From: an uncultured cyanobacterium
Lineage (GTDB): Bacteria; Cyanobacteriota; Cyanobacteriia; Cyanobacteriales; Nostocaceae
Assembly: GCA_963740315.1 (NCBI GenBank)
Contig: CAVUDP010000003.1
Span: forward strand, 64,001-128,000
DNA length: 64,000 nt
Reading direction: 5' to 3'
Shown here: piece by piece, positions 54,078 to 63,591 of the stretch
Numbering within the stretch: position 1 is the stretch's first letter
How the letters are laid out: the number at the start of each line of letters is the position of its first letter
The notes under the pieces: generated by a model
The model's database searches: none
Seen by the model: the letters and a program-made list of their open reading frames with translations, nothing else
What the model was told of the DNA's origin: nothing
Position numbers and translations under genes: made by a program

Positions 54078-54240
54078 GTGCATCGCAAGGTTGAATAAAA
54101 TGTTTTTAAAAAGAATGCTAAACTACAGTGAATTGATCTTCTTGTGCTCGGACGGACACCTCGGCGGGCGTAGGGTTACAGGCGGATCGGCTATTATAGA
54201 GGAGACCGACGAAGAGTATTTCTCGCGTCGAGACTTGTAA
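54078..54240 (+). other. Start-less GUN4 3' cassette with an alternative variable segment
   Basis: Nucleotide similarity to 53086-53186 (ATGTTTTT.AA..AAAGA, TACA.TGAATT, GG.CACCT); translates ..NYSEL..GHL-variable-FSRRDL*. Confidence 0.65.
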
Positions 54241-54374
54241 AATGTAACATATAAGGCTTACAGAGTTTATTAAGATTTGTAAACTATATTTTCACGAAGT
54301 TTGCGGTTCTGAGTTTTCGATACCTGGCACTGCGGGTTTTGGTGGTTTTGTTTTTTTGGTGTTTGTTGTAGTAT
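54220..54374. repeat. GUN4-associated repeat, copy 2
   Basis: Aligns with 53243-53402 with small indels. Confidence 0.8.
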
Positions 54375-55032
54375 ATCTCGGAACTTTTTGGTTATAGCAA
54401 TTGCGAAAATAAACTTTGCTGCAACTTCTTCAATATTTCATTTTTTGCTTACAGTCATCCAAGGTAAGCGCATCTGTCGGTGAAGATTTTTTCTTTTTTC
54501 CCGTTGCTTTTAATCTTTGAGTAACTTGCTTAACAGGAATAGCGATTTTTGATTTGGGTTTTGGTCGATATTTTTTGCAAAAACGCGATACTTTAGAATA
54601 ATTATTAGCCCACGCAGGTGGGCTTTGTAATTGTAGCCCTACCCTTCTAGGGTGAGGGTACCATATAGTGTAAAGAACTGCTGATGAGCGGCTTTGGGAT
54701 TGGATGGATATATGTAAAGTATAAGTTGGTTGTCTGATTGCAAAAGTACTGTGATAGCGTTTTAGAAGTGTCCGGTGCGGTTAAGAATTCGGTTAAAGCA
54801 CATGGCAGTATAAGTTTAGAATGCATTATTTTAGGTAAATTTAGGAATGTTGATAATAAATAATGACATGATTGATATGATACACAGAGATAAAGTTAAA
54901 TTGATATTTGTCCTGAGTTTATTGATTGATAAATTAGCACTTCGAATCAAACTCAGTGAGAGAGACTGCGTTATTGAACGGGTTGTGATGTGATAGGAAT
55001 ATCCTGTTGAATATTGGGGGAGAACGAGTCAT
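54375..55032 (-). mobile_element. HUH/Y1 (IS200/RAYT-like) transposase gene, heavily indel-disrupted; not in ORF track
   Basis: Piecewise translation: MTRSP..GYSYHITTR.NN, QDKYQF, LCI..NHV(H), LPKIMH, YTAMCFNRILNRTGHF, RYHS, YIH.NPKAA, KYR.FCKKYRPKPK, QMRLPW, EEVAAKFI..NCYNQK. Confidence 0.7.
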
Positions 55033-55086
55033 AAAATATTTGAAATAATAAAATTAATTGTTTTTGAAAAACAAAAACGATTCAAA

Positions 55087-55596
55087 ATGCCCAAAAACAA
55101 CCAACCTAAATTAACAAAAGTATCGGTAAATCTCCCTTTCGGAATTGGTGGAACGGAATGGGAACCCGATGATACAGAAAGAAAAGCTGCTTGGTCATTA
55201 TTCATAGAACTTGTCACCCGCGTTACCATCCAACCTCTAGAAACAGAAACAGAACAAGGATTAATTCGCGAAGCACTCATATCTCTCCATAGTTTATTCG
55301 CAACTACGCGAGAAATCCTCAAACAAGCAGGTCCCCATATCGGTGCATCCCATAAATCTGTGGGAGGAATTGCTATCACCGTATTAAATAAAGGTTTACG
55401 TCCTTTCCTTGCTAAATGGCATCCTTTATTACAATCTTGGGAAGCACAACGTCCTCTCGATATCAGTCCTTTTGAACATGAAAAAAACTGGGAATACCAA
55501 GCGAAATTAAGAAGCGAATTGGAAATACTCAGGCACGATTTAGAAGAATATGCTATAGCTTTAGCAGTAATTGCGGGTGTAGATTATACCTTTTGA
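55087..55596 (+). CDS. Conserved hypothetical protein
   Basis: ERKAAW.L..ELVTR, REAL.SL.SLF..TREILK..GP, LN..LRPFLAKWHP. Confidence 0.7.
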   Translation: MPKNNQPKLTKVSVNLPFGIGGTEWEPDDTERKAAWSLFIELVTRVTIQPLETETEQGLIREALISLHSLFATTREILKQAGPHIGASHKSVGGIAITVLNKGLRPFLAKWHPLLQSWEAQRPLDISPFEHEKNWEYQAKLRSELEILRHDLEEYAIALAVIAGVDYTF

Positions 55597-55597
55597 A

Positions 55598-56053
55598 ATG
55601 AGTAAATACATTGAAGCATTAACAGAATTTGACGGTGGGGGAAATGCAATTTTTCTCGCTGGTGGAATTTCTAATTGTCCAGATTGGCAATCGCAAATGG
55701 TCGAATTATTGAAACCTTCACCTTGGATTATTTTAAATCCTCGTCGTGCTAATTTTCCGATTGATAACCCCGACGCTTCCAAACAACAGATTGCATGGGA
55801 ACACAAACATCTGCGACTTGCTTCATCTATTCTTTTTTGGTTTCCCCAAGAAACAATTTGTCCGATAGCACTTTACGAACTCGGTGCTTTCTCGATGACA
55901 GATAAACCTTTATTTGTAGGAATTCATCCCAATTATCCGAGAAGACAAGACGTAGAAATTCAAACAAGTTTAGTACGTCCCGATATTAATATAGTTTATT
56001 CCTTGGAAGATTTAGCCGAACAAATTTTAGAGTTTGGTTGTAAAAATATCTAA
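55598..56053 (+). CDS. Nucleoside 2-deoxyribosyltransferase-like domain protein
   Basis: IFLAGGI..CPDWQ, LNPRR, QI.WE..L, FWFP.ET.CPI.LYELG. Confidence 0.8.
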   Translation: MSKYIEALTEFDGGGNAIFLAGGISNCPDWQSQMVELLKPSPWIILNPRRANFPIDNPDASKQQIAWEHKHLRLASSILFWFPQETICPIALYELGAFSMTDKPLFVGIHPNYPRRQDVEIQTSLVRPDINIVYSLEDLAEQILEFGCKNI

Positions 56054-56402
56054 AAAATAAAACACTCTTAAGATAGATTTTATATTTAAGTGAATTGGTT
56101 GTATTATAACCAAAGTCAAAAATAATTCAGCCTAATCCAGCTTATATTATTCAAGTTGGAGCGGAGGAACCACTATTACGGGGGCGTATTTTACTTAGAA
56201 GTCTTAATATCTTCTTGGTAAGAAGGATACCTCTCAATCCTAGCCCGTCAGCTAACTTCGCAGGCATCGAGGGGAATTGATGATGAACAGCATTTTTCTT
56301 GTATTTATCGTCTCTATCCCAGGCTAATATCACTCGCGTCAATTGTGTACTTAATTATTACCTGGTGAATTATCATGCATGATTTTTTAGATTGAATAAA
56401 AT

Positions 56403-56493
56403 AGGACTTACGCAGCAATTACGGTAGATATAGTGTTCCACGCATGGAAGATCCCCCCAACCCCCCTTTTTAAGGGGGGCTTGCGTAAGTCCT
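56403..56493. mobile_element. MITE-like element
   Basis: TIRs AGGACTTACGCA / TGCGTAAGTCCT enclosing a CCCCCC-TTTTTAA-GGGGGG hairpin. Confidence 0.6.
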
Positions 56494-56741
56494 GTAAAAT
56501 AAAATATTCCAGATTGTAAGCATTTTAAATTGCACAAATGCTAATTTTTCCCTGCTCCAAAATTAACTATCTCTATTTATTTCTTCCTTCTGCGTACTCT
56601 GCGTCTAGTAAGGTTTATAAATCGGTAATCTTGTGTAAATCAAGTAATTTTCTTTCCGTAGTGGCAGCATCTTGTTTCCCATTAACAATTTAAACATTTC
56701 AAAATACCTAATCAATACTATTAAATTTTAAGGAGCTTGTT

Positions 56742-58079
56742 ATGGGGAATTGGCAAGCAATGTTAAGCGGTGCCATATTTATCACTGTCATTGGTTTAAT
56801 TATGACAGAATGGATAAATTTGACAGTAGCAGCTTTACTCGGAGCATTACTATTAGTTTTTACTAATATAATGACTTTAGAAGAAGCAGTCGGATACATA
56901 GCTAAAAGTCACGGCACAATATCCTTATTTTTCGGGGTAATGATATTAGTTAGAGCGTTCCAACCAACAAAAGTCTTTGATTATTTAGCTGCAAGGATAT
57001 TATTATTAGTAAAAGGAGAAGGTAAACGTTTACTTTTAGGAATAATTGGCATAACTGTTCCAGTTTGTGCCTTTTTACCTAACGCTACAACTGTAATGTT
57101 GTTAGCACCTTTAATTCCCCCTATCGCTAAAGAATTAAGCGTTAATTTTGTGCCGCTATTGATTTTAATGGTATTTGTGGCGAATGCGGCCGGATTATTA
57201 ACTTTAGTCGGCGATCCAGTTACATTTTTAGTTAGCGATGCAATTAATTTAAGTTTCGCAGATTATTTATTACGTTTAAGTTTGGGGGGAGTAATTGCAA
57301 TCGCAGTAGTTGCTCTGACATTACCCGTACTTTTCCGCAAAATTTGGCGAACAAAGTTAGATGATTTGGGACAAATACCCCATCCACAAATTAAGCACCC
57401 AGAAGCTTTAGTAATGGGTGGGTTAATATTTGCTTTTGTAATCCTCTTTTTTGTGATTGGAGATACTTTACCAGTCAAAATTTCACCTGCTGCGGTTGCT
57501 TTATTGGGTGCTGCTTTGTCAATGCTTGTATCTCATCAAAGTAAAGTTGATACCGTGGAAAATATTTTGCGCGATGTTGATTGGAGTACTTTGATATTTT
57601 TTATGAGTACTTTTGTGTTAATCGGTGGATTACAAAAAACAGGGGTAATTGAAAGTTTTGCAGGTATATTAGCAACGTCTATCGGTACAAACATACTTTT
57701 TGGTTCGATAGTATTAGTTTTTGTCACCGGAATCCTATCAAGTATTGTTCCAAATATTCCTTTGGTTGTAGCAATGATTCCGCTATTAAAACAGTATTTA
57801 GTTAATGTTGGTTTAGTAGGAACAGAAGTATTATCGCCAGATTTCATCGGGCAATTACCACCATCTGTATTACCTCTATTTTATGCGATGTTGTTCGGCG
57901 CAAGTTTAGGAGGAAACGGTACTTTAGTTGGAGCATCTTCTAATATTGTCGCAGCAGGAATCGCTCAGCAGTACGGAAGACGCATTTCCTTCAAAGGGTT
58001 TTTGAAATACAGTATTCCGGTAACAATATTACAGCTAGTTGCAGCTACAGTTTATATATTAATTCGGTTTTTTGGGTAA
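56742..58079 (+). CDS. ArsB/NhaD (SLC13-like) ion transporter
   Basis: LPNATTV, TLVGDP, VDWSTL.FF, GGNGTLVGASSN; many TM helices. Confidence 0.85.
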   Translation: MGNWQAMLSGAIFITVIGLIMTEWINLTVAALLGALLLVFTNIMTLEEAVGYIAKSHGTISLFFGVMILVRAFQPTKVFDYLAARILLLVKGEGKRLLLGIIGITVPVCAFLPNATTVMLLAPLIPPIAKELSVNFVPLLILMVFVANAAGLLTLVGDPVTFLVSDAINLSFADYLLRLSLGGVIAIAVVALTLPVLFRKIWRTKLDDLGQIPHPQIKHPEALVMGGLIFAFVILFFVIGDTLPVKISPAAVALLGAALSMLVSHQSKVDTVENILRDVDWSTLIFFMSTFVLIGGLQKTGVIESFAGILATSIGTNILFGSIVLVFVTGILSSIVPNIPLVVAMIPLLKQYLVNVGLVGTEVLSPDFIGQLPPSVLPLFYAMLFGASLGGNGTLVGASSNIVAAGIAQQYGRRISFKGFLKYSIPVTILQLVAATVYILIRFFG

Positions 58080-58305
58080 TCTACAGCACATTTTATTTTT
58101 CTCAGGTACATTTGGACGGGCAGGGATGCCCATCCCACAAGAGTTTTATCATATAAAGCTGTACCTCATTCATCTGCAAAGTGCTGTAATATCTTGCACC
58201 AATGTCGTTCAAACGTACTAAAAGCCTTGTCTAGTCGTCTTAAGACGACTTTGTTTATTAGCCTGGGAATTTATTCCAAGGCGATGTCGATAATAGTGCA
58301 AGATA

Positions 58306-58659
58306 TCAGAGCAACTTTTCCTTTATCGCTTCTTCTTTCTCCCGAAATCCCACCAAAACAGCATTACCATCTTTCACAAATAGCGGACGTTTGAGCAACA
58401 TAGCATCTTCAGCGAAAGCTTCTATCCACTGCTCATCAGTCCAAGTTTTCTTATCCTCACCTAACGCTCGATAAGATTGTCCCGAAGTGTTTCGCATCGG
58501 TTTAGAAGTTAAACTTTTTACCCAGTTTTCAAGCATTTCCTTACTGGGTGGATTTTCTTTAGTATTAACAAATTCGTATTCAATATTGTTATTTTGCAGC
58601 CAAGCGAAAGCTTTTTTACAAGTACCGCAGTTGGGAATACCGTAAACTTGGATTGACAT
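58306..58659 (-). CDS. ArsC/Spx/MgsR family protein
   Basis: YGIPNCGTCKKA, NTSGQSYR, LLKRP. Confidence 0.88.
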   Translation of the reverse strand: MSIQVYGIPNCGTCKKAFAWLQNNNIEYEFVNTKENPPSKEMLENWVKSLTSKPMRNTSGQSYRALGEDKKTWTDEQWIEAFAEDAMLLKRPLFVKDGNAVLVGFREKEEAIKEKLL

Positions 58660-58745
58660 TACATTACTACTTTATGGGGATTGAGAAAGGATTAACGTAA
58701 AGGTAAGCTGAGTTTATATATCTCATTTTCTACCAAAGGTGTGAC

Positions 58746-58859
58746 ATGAGCCAAGAAGAAGATAAAAATACTATCAAAATAGATCCTGGAACTGTGGTAT
58801 TTATTATATTTGTCTTGTTGATACTTCCCTTGCTGCTTACAGGTTTTCTTTCTCAGTAA
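58746..58859 (+). CDS. Small single-TM protein, 37 aa (not in ORF track)
   Basis: MSQEEDKNTIKIDPGTVVFIIFVLLILPLLLTGFLSQ after an AAGGTG SD-like sequence. Confidence 0.55.
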   Translation: MSQEEDKNTIKIDPGTVVFIIFVLLILPLLLTGFLSQ

Positions 58860-58968
58860 AAATTCTCCAAACTGTTAAAGCGCTCCAATAAATAGAGCGC
58901 TACAGCACTGAATTAATACAAGCAATCTTAGAAACAGGATCTAAAACATCAGTACTACTTGCTATTAT

Positions 58969-61359
58969 TTAAATAACTTCCACAAATACACCGCTGCGGG
59001 CAAACTCTTCCTCTTCGGGAGTGAAGTGGGGATTTTTATCGACAATTTCCGGGTCAAAACGGTAAGTCTCTTGAAGGAATTGTCCGGATATTACAGATGA
59101 TTCTAACTCTTTGATATACTCTTGAGCTAGGGTACACGCCTCTATGATGCCTGACTCTTCGTCTTTATCTAACAGCTTTTGCAGAGTTGCTCTTACTCCC
59201 GCTAACCGCGATGCTGGTTTAAGAATTCCATAGAGACGGTATAAGCGCTCGATGGAAATACTAAGGTGTTTGAACGCTTTGCTTCGTGCGAGTTCGGAGT
59301 CCAGACTGGGCCAGTAACGGGTAGTGTAAAAAGCTTTTTCATCGGTGTGATACCACTCCTCAGAGCGAGCAATGGATGAGGAAACGGTGTTATGTAGTTT
59401 CCAGAAAAATAAGCGCAGGGCAGCACCATCCACAACTGTAGACAGCTTTGCTTCCATCGATACCTCAAAATTGTTAAGCTGCGGATCGCGTCCGAGCAAA
59501 AGATATTCCACGGGGTACATATCTACTTCTTTGTTCTGCACCACATACATATTCAGGTGGTGGCGACAGTAAGGGCAGGGGTACATGGTGGCAAATAGTT
59601 TAAAGAAGTCTTGGAAAACTGCCACCAGTGCTTTTTGCACTTCATGTGGTTTAGTACACAGGATTTCAGCGGTAGTGTGGAAGAAACGCCACACCGCAGG
59701 TCCAATATAATAAGGAAAGCTAACGCGCATCCCGGCATCCTTTACATCACTCCGTGCCAAATATACATCAATGAATGCCACGTATTGTGAGAGCGCCCCT
59801 GACTCACGACCAAACTCTTCGCGTTCGCGCCGTTTCTGCACGCCATTGAGATAGTGATGCGTCAAACCCCATGCTTGCTTAACTGCCAGTTTTTGTTGAG
59901 GAGTGCATTTAGAAAAATTCTCTGCCACATCCGCCCCATAGTGGTCAAATTCTCCCGCTGTTTTAGTATCTTTATACCATTGTTCCAAAGCGGCTTCGTC
60001 AGGTACGGTGTTACTTCGGATCTCTGCGGCATTATCGACACTGAAAGCAGCTAGTAACTTCGGCATAAAATCTTCATACCAATAAGCCACTGGCATCATT
60101 GCACCGTCTATTTCTTCTGAAGCATCGGTAAGAATAACGCGGTTCCACTGCTGGAGGTAATAAGAGGGATCGCCTGCGGATTTAGGGGGAGGTGGGGCAA
60201 GCTCTGCATTAAGTTCCATCTGCCGCAGACGGTTAAGTTCATTGATAGCAAGCACGCCAGAAGCAATGTCGCGAAAGCTGAAATGCTTTTTCTTTAAAGT
60301 AATAGCGAACTCCACCCCTGCGGCAAATTTCTCCTTGACAGAGATGGATTTACGGCGTGCCTCCTGCATGGCTTTTTCCTGGGCTAACATCTGGGGTGTT
60401 TTTTCAATGGCGTTCCAGTTGTCGATACGTGACTTGAGGCGGGTATACTCTTTTTCGATTGATTCAACGACTGCATCTAATAGGGGATGGCAAGCTTTGT
60501 CTACGATATCTAACCCTTTGTATAGTGCGATCGCTTTCTGTACAAACTGCACGAAGTCTGTAATTTTGTAGGGCAAGTCTCTTACGCGCAGGTGGGTTTC
60601 GTGATTGGCGGAGAAACTCTCGCGGAAGCAACGGTAAGCGGCTCCCTGGATCAAGCGAAACAAACCAATCTGCATTTGTAAGCGGGAGGTGGCGCGTTCT
60701 TTTTGCTCTTGTGGGTGTTGTGCTAGAAGTTCTTTGAGGCGTGCTACTTCTGCATTGTCGCTGGGTGTTTCTCGTGCAGGAGATTCGGTAGTTGTAACAA
60801 TAGGTGTGTCAATATCCACCGCTACATCTGAGGTGACGGTGGCTGGATTATTTGTAGGAGAACTGGTAAAAGAAATCTGTAAATCTTTGTAGCCGGTGGT
60901 TATTTCTGACTCTTCTGGAACCAGTTCCATAAACTCTTCAAAGTCAATAGAGGCATCGCCATCGCTATCGACTTCTTTAATCATTTCATCAAGCTCTTCA
61001 TCCGTCAGTCCAAACTGACTCATGACATTGTGCAGTTCGTTTGTCGTAATTTGACCGCTACCATCTTCATCAAACACGCTAAATGCCAACTTGAGACGGC
61101 TTTTGCGATCGCCTTGCCTTGACACTATCAAGGTTTTGAATTCATCAAAATCAATACTGCCACTCAAATCAACGTCCACTTCTTTGATCAGATCGCGCAG
61201 TTCAGTTTTGCTGGGATTTTGCCCTAGCGATCGCATTACTTGCCCCAATTCGGAAGCTGAGATACCACCGCTACCATCCGCATCAAATACTTTGAATGCT
61301 TCCCATAGCTTCGCTACCTCTTCTTCAGTCATGACCTTTTTTTCTACTTCTACTGACAT
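58969..61359 (-). CDS. Calmodulin-like (4 EF-hand) protein fused to an Erv1/ALR-type sulfhydryl oxidase domain
   Basis: EF loops DADGSGGISASE, DVDLSGSIDFDE, DEDGSGQITTNE, DSDGDASIDFEE; C-terminal GPAVWRFFH, YPCPYC, FFWKLHNTV. Confidence 0.8.
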   Translation of the reverse strand: MSVEVEKKVMTEEEVAKLWEAFKVFDADGSGGISASELGQVMRSLGQNPSKTELRDLIKEVDVDLSGSIDFDEFKTLIVSRQGDRKSRLKLAFSVFDEDGSGQITTNELHNVMSQFGLTDEELDEMIKEVDSDGDASIDFEEFMELVPEESEITTGYKDLQISFTSSPTNNPATVTSDVAVDIDTPIVTTTESPARETPSDNAEVARLKELLAQHPQEQKERATSRLQMQIGLFRLIQGAAYRCFRESFSANHETHLRVRDLPYKITDFVQFVQKAIALYKGLDIVDKACHPLLDAVVESIEKEYTRLKSRIDNWNAIEKTPQMLAQEKAMQEARRKSISVKEKFAAGVEFAITLKKKHFSFRDIASGVLAINELNRLRQMELNAELAPPPPKSAGDPSYYLQQWNRVILTDASEEIDGAMMPVAYWYEDFMPKLLAAFSVDNAAEIRSNTVPDEAALEQWYKDTKTAGEFDHYGADVAENFSKCTPQQKLAVKQAWGLTHHYLNGVQKRREREEFGRESGALSQYVAFIDVYLARSDVKDAGMRVSFPYYIGPAVWRFFHTTAEILCTKPHEVQKALVAVFQDFFKLFATMYPCPYCRHHLNMYVVQNKEVDMYPVEYLLLGRDPQLNNFEVSMEAKLSTVVDGAALRLFFWKLHNTVSSSIARSEEWYHTDEKAFYTTRYWPSLDSELARSKAFKHLSISIERLYRLYGILKPASRLAGVRATLQKLLDKDEESGIIEACTLAQEYIKELESSVISGQFLQETYRFDPEIVDKNPHFTPEEEEFARSGVFVEVI

Positions 61360-61560
61360 CAATTAATACCCCCGATTACTGTTAGCACAATAAGGCAGCA
61401 AAAAACCTTCTATTAACCATCAACGAAATAATAGTCCCATTTTTATATTGAGTTTGCAACAAAAATAATGCAGTATTAAAATTATTTAATTTTATGATTC
61501 GCGACTTTCGATACGAAGAATAATTTTAAAAATGTTCCGCAGATGTAATTATTTCCACTC

Positions 61561-62253
61561 TTACGTTGGACGCTGCAAACTCTCTACAAACTTTTGATGT
61601 TCATCTGTTTGCAAACCTTGCTGCAAGATTGTTAAAACAGAGGCTAAATTACCTTCTCGTAAAGCGTTAACAGATAACCATAAACCTGGAAAAACTTCGC
61701 TACGAATAATACCTGATTTATCAGCTTCTAATGAAATATAGCGACCTTCTTTTAAAATAAACCAGTCCAAACGGTTTTCATACATTTGCCAAACAATATA
61801 TTCTTTGACACCATTGCGACGGTAAGCATTAAGTTTGTCATTGAGGTCGTAAGAAGCACTGCTAGCGGCAACTTCTGCAACCAATTCTGGCGAACCTTCG
61901 ATATAATCATCTTCACTAATGCGAGAATTACCACCAACTTCCGGCTCTATTCTCAATAAAGCATCTGGTTGGGGTTGATTGTCAGCATCTAAGCGGACAG
62001 TAGCATTATCTTGTAAATCTACTCCTGGTGTTGCTGCATAATAAGTTCCTAACCAAGTCATAATTTTCGCATGGGGTCTACCATGTTTTGTCGCACGTAC
62101 AGGTGAAGCCACGTACACAACTCCTTCGATTAATTCTGCTTTCTTAATCTGTATCATGGCTTGGTAGCGATGCTCAAACTCATAGCGCGTTAGGCGATCG
62201 CCATTTTCAAGAGGTGGTACGTTAACAATTGTTGATGTTACTGTCATAATCAA
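61561..62253 (-). CDS. Uma2 family endonuclease
   Basis: AELIEG.V, PQPD, PELVAEVAASS, K...Y.RNGV.EY.VW. Confidence 0.9.
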   Translation of the reverse strand: MIMTVTSTIVNVPPLENGDRLTRYEFEHRYQAMIQIKKAELIEGVVYVASPVRATKHGRPHAKIMTWLGTYYAATPGVDLQDNATVRLDADNQPQPDALLRIEPEVGGNSRISEDDYIEGSPELVAEVAASSASYDLNDKLNAYRRNGVKEYIVWQMYENRLDWFILKEGRYISLEADKSGIIRSEVFPGLWLSVNALREGNLASVLTILQQGLQTDEHQKFVESLQRPT

Positions 62254-62928
62254 TTACCAGTTATCAATTACGGAAGAATGTGAATTCAATTTTCCCTCAT
62301 TTTACAAGGCTTTTAGAGCCGCATCTCAAATTATCATCCTCCGTAATCGGGCGCATGATAACTTAATTTACCGAAAACATTACTTATAAACCCGACTGCG
62401 TTGCCCTCTCCAAGTTTCTCGGTTGTTAAAAACAAGCGATTGACCTCAATTTTTAATAATAGGTTTTATTTATTACAAACCCATCCTATATAATCCCCCA
62501 TATAATGAGATAATTACTTACTTTTTCCTATTTCTGGTATATATAATTCCTTGTCTTTTTTTTAGATAAAAATACCGCAAAATTTTTTATTAGTAACGCT
62601 TTTGTGGTACTATTTATCGTATAGAGCATTTTTAATAATGGAAAGGTTTGCCTTATTTAAAAATTTTACAGACATCCCATTATTAAAAAAATATACTCTG
62701 TTAGTTTTTTCAATTATCCCACATTCTCACCATTTAAATTTTTTCAATCAAATAAAATTGAGAAAATTTTTGAATTAATTATTTTAATAGAATGAATAGA
62801 ATGACATGGCGCTAAAGATATTTGAATTCACATACTTACGTCAATTATCAATTATCCGCTCTGTTGCATGGTTAACTCTATCCTAATATTGACTTTTAAC
62901 TAATTCACAATCTAAAATCTAAAATCCT

Positions 62929-63348
62929 ATGTCTAACCAAATAATCTGGGTACATGGTGACTGTCTAAGTCCGAAAAACCCCGCACTTGATGAATTTCCC
63001 AATACTCCCGCTATCTGGGTTTGGGATGATGCATTATTAGAAGAATGGCAAATCAGTCTTAAACGTATCGCTTTTATTTACGAATGCTTGCTAGAATTAC
63101 CCGTTGTCATTCGTCGTGGTGATGTTGCGAAAGAAGTTTTAGCTTTTGCAGAAGAACATAATGTTAATAAAGTTGTTACAGTAGATAGTCCGAGTCCGCG
63201 TTTTAATACTATTTGCAACGAAATTGAAAATTCAAAAGAATTAGAGATATTTGAAGTCGAACCATTTTTTGAATATGACGGTTTTATCGACCTCAAGCGC
63301 TTTTCTCGTTACTGGAAAGTCGCTCAAAAATACGTATTTGAACAGTGA
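62929..63348 (+). CDS. Small protein resembling a photolyase N-terminal (Rossmann-like) domain
   Basis: IIWVHGDCL, A.WVWD, KRI.FIYECL.EL, LKRFSRYW; typical partner of stand-alone photolyase FAD domains. Confidence 0.65.
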   Translation: MSNQIIWVHGDCLSPKNPALDEFPNTPAIWVWDDALLEEWQISLKRIAFIYECLLELPVVIRRGDVAKEVLAFAEEHNVNKVVTVDSPSPRFNTICNEIENSKELEIFEVEPFFEYDGFIDLKRFSRYWKVAQKYVFEQ

Positions 63349-63411
63349 ACAGTGAACAGTTAGCAGTGAACAGTTAGCAGTTAGCAGTTAACAGTTAGCA
63401 GTTAGCAGTTA
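63339..63411. repeat. Heptamer tandem repeats (CAGTGAA/CAGTTAG)
   Basis: Directly visible. Confidence 0.85.
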
Positions 63412-63591
63412 CCAATATATCTTCTCCTGTTCCCCATTCTCTATTCCCCATTCCCTGTTCCCTATTTCCTACTCGCCAACAAATTACAACTACCTAGAGT
63501 TAGAAGTATCAAGGGGATACATTCATTAAATAAATAAGCTAATCTGAGTAGACAAAACTTTTATTAATATTTGTCTGCTGGAGAATATATA

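Noticed and set aside
53187..54219. Classical DGR (TR/VR pair)
   Set aside because: No reverse transcriptase in the window, no CLec-type target, and the two segments are not alignable with adenine-only differences; a remote RT cannot be excluded.
56151..56342. 63-aa minus-strand ORF
   Set aside because: TTG start and no recognisable family; cannot be supported.
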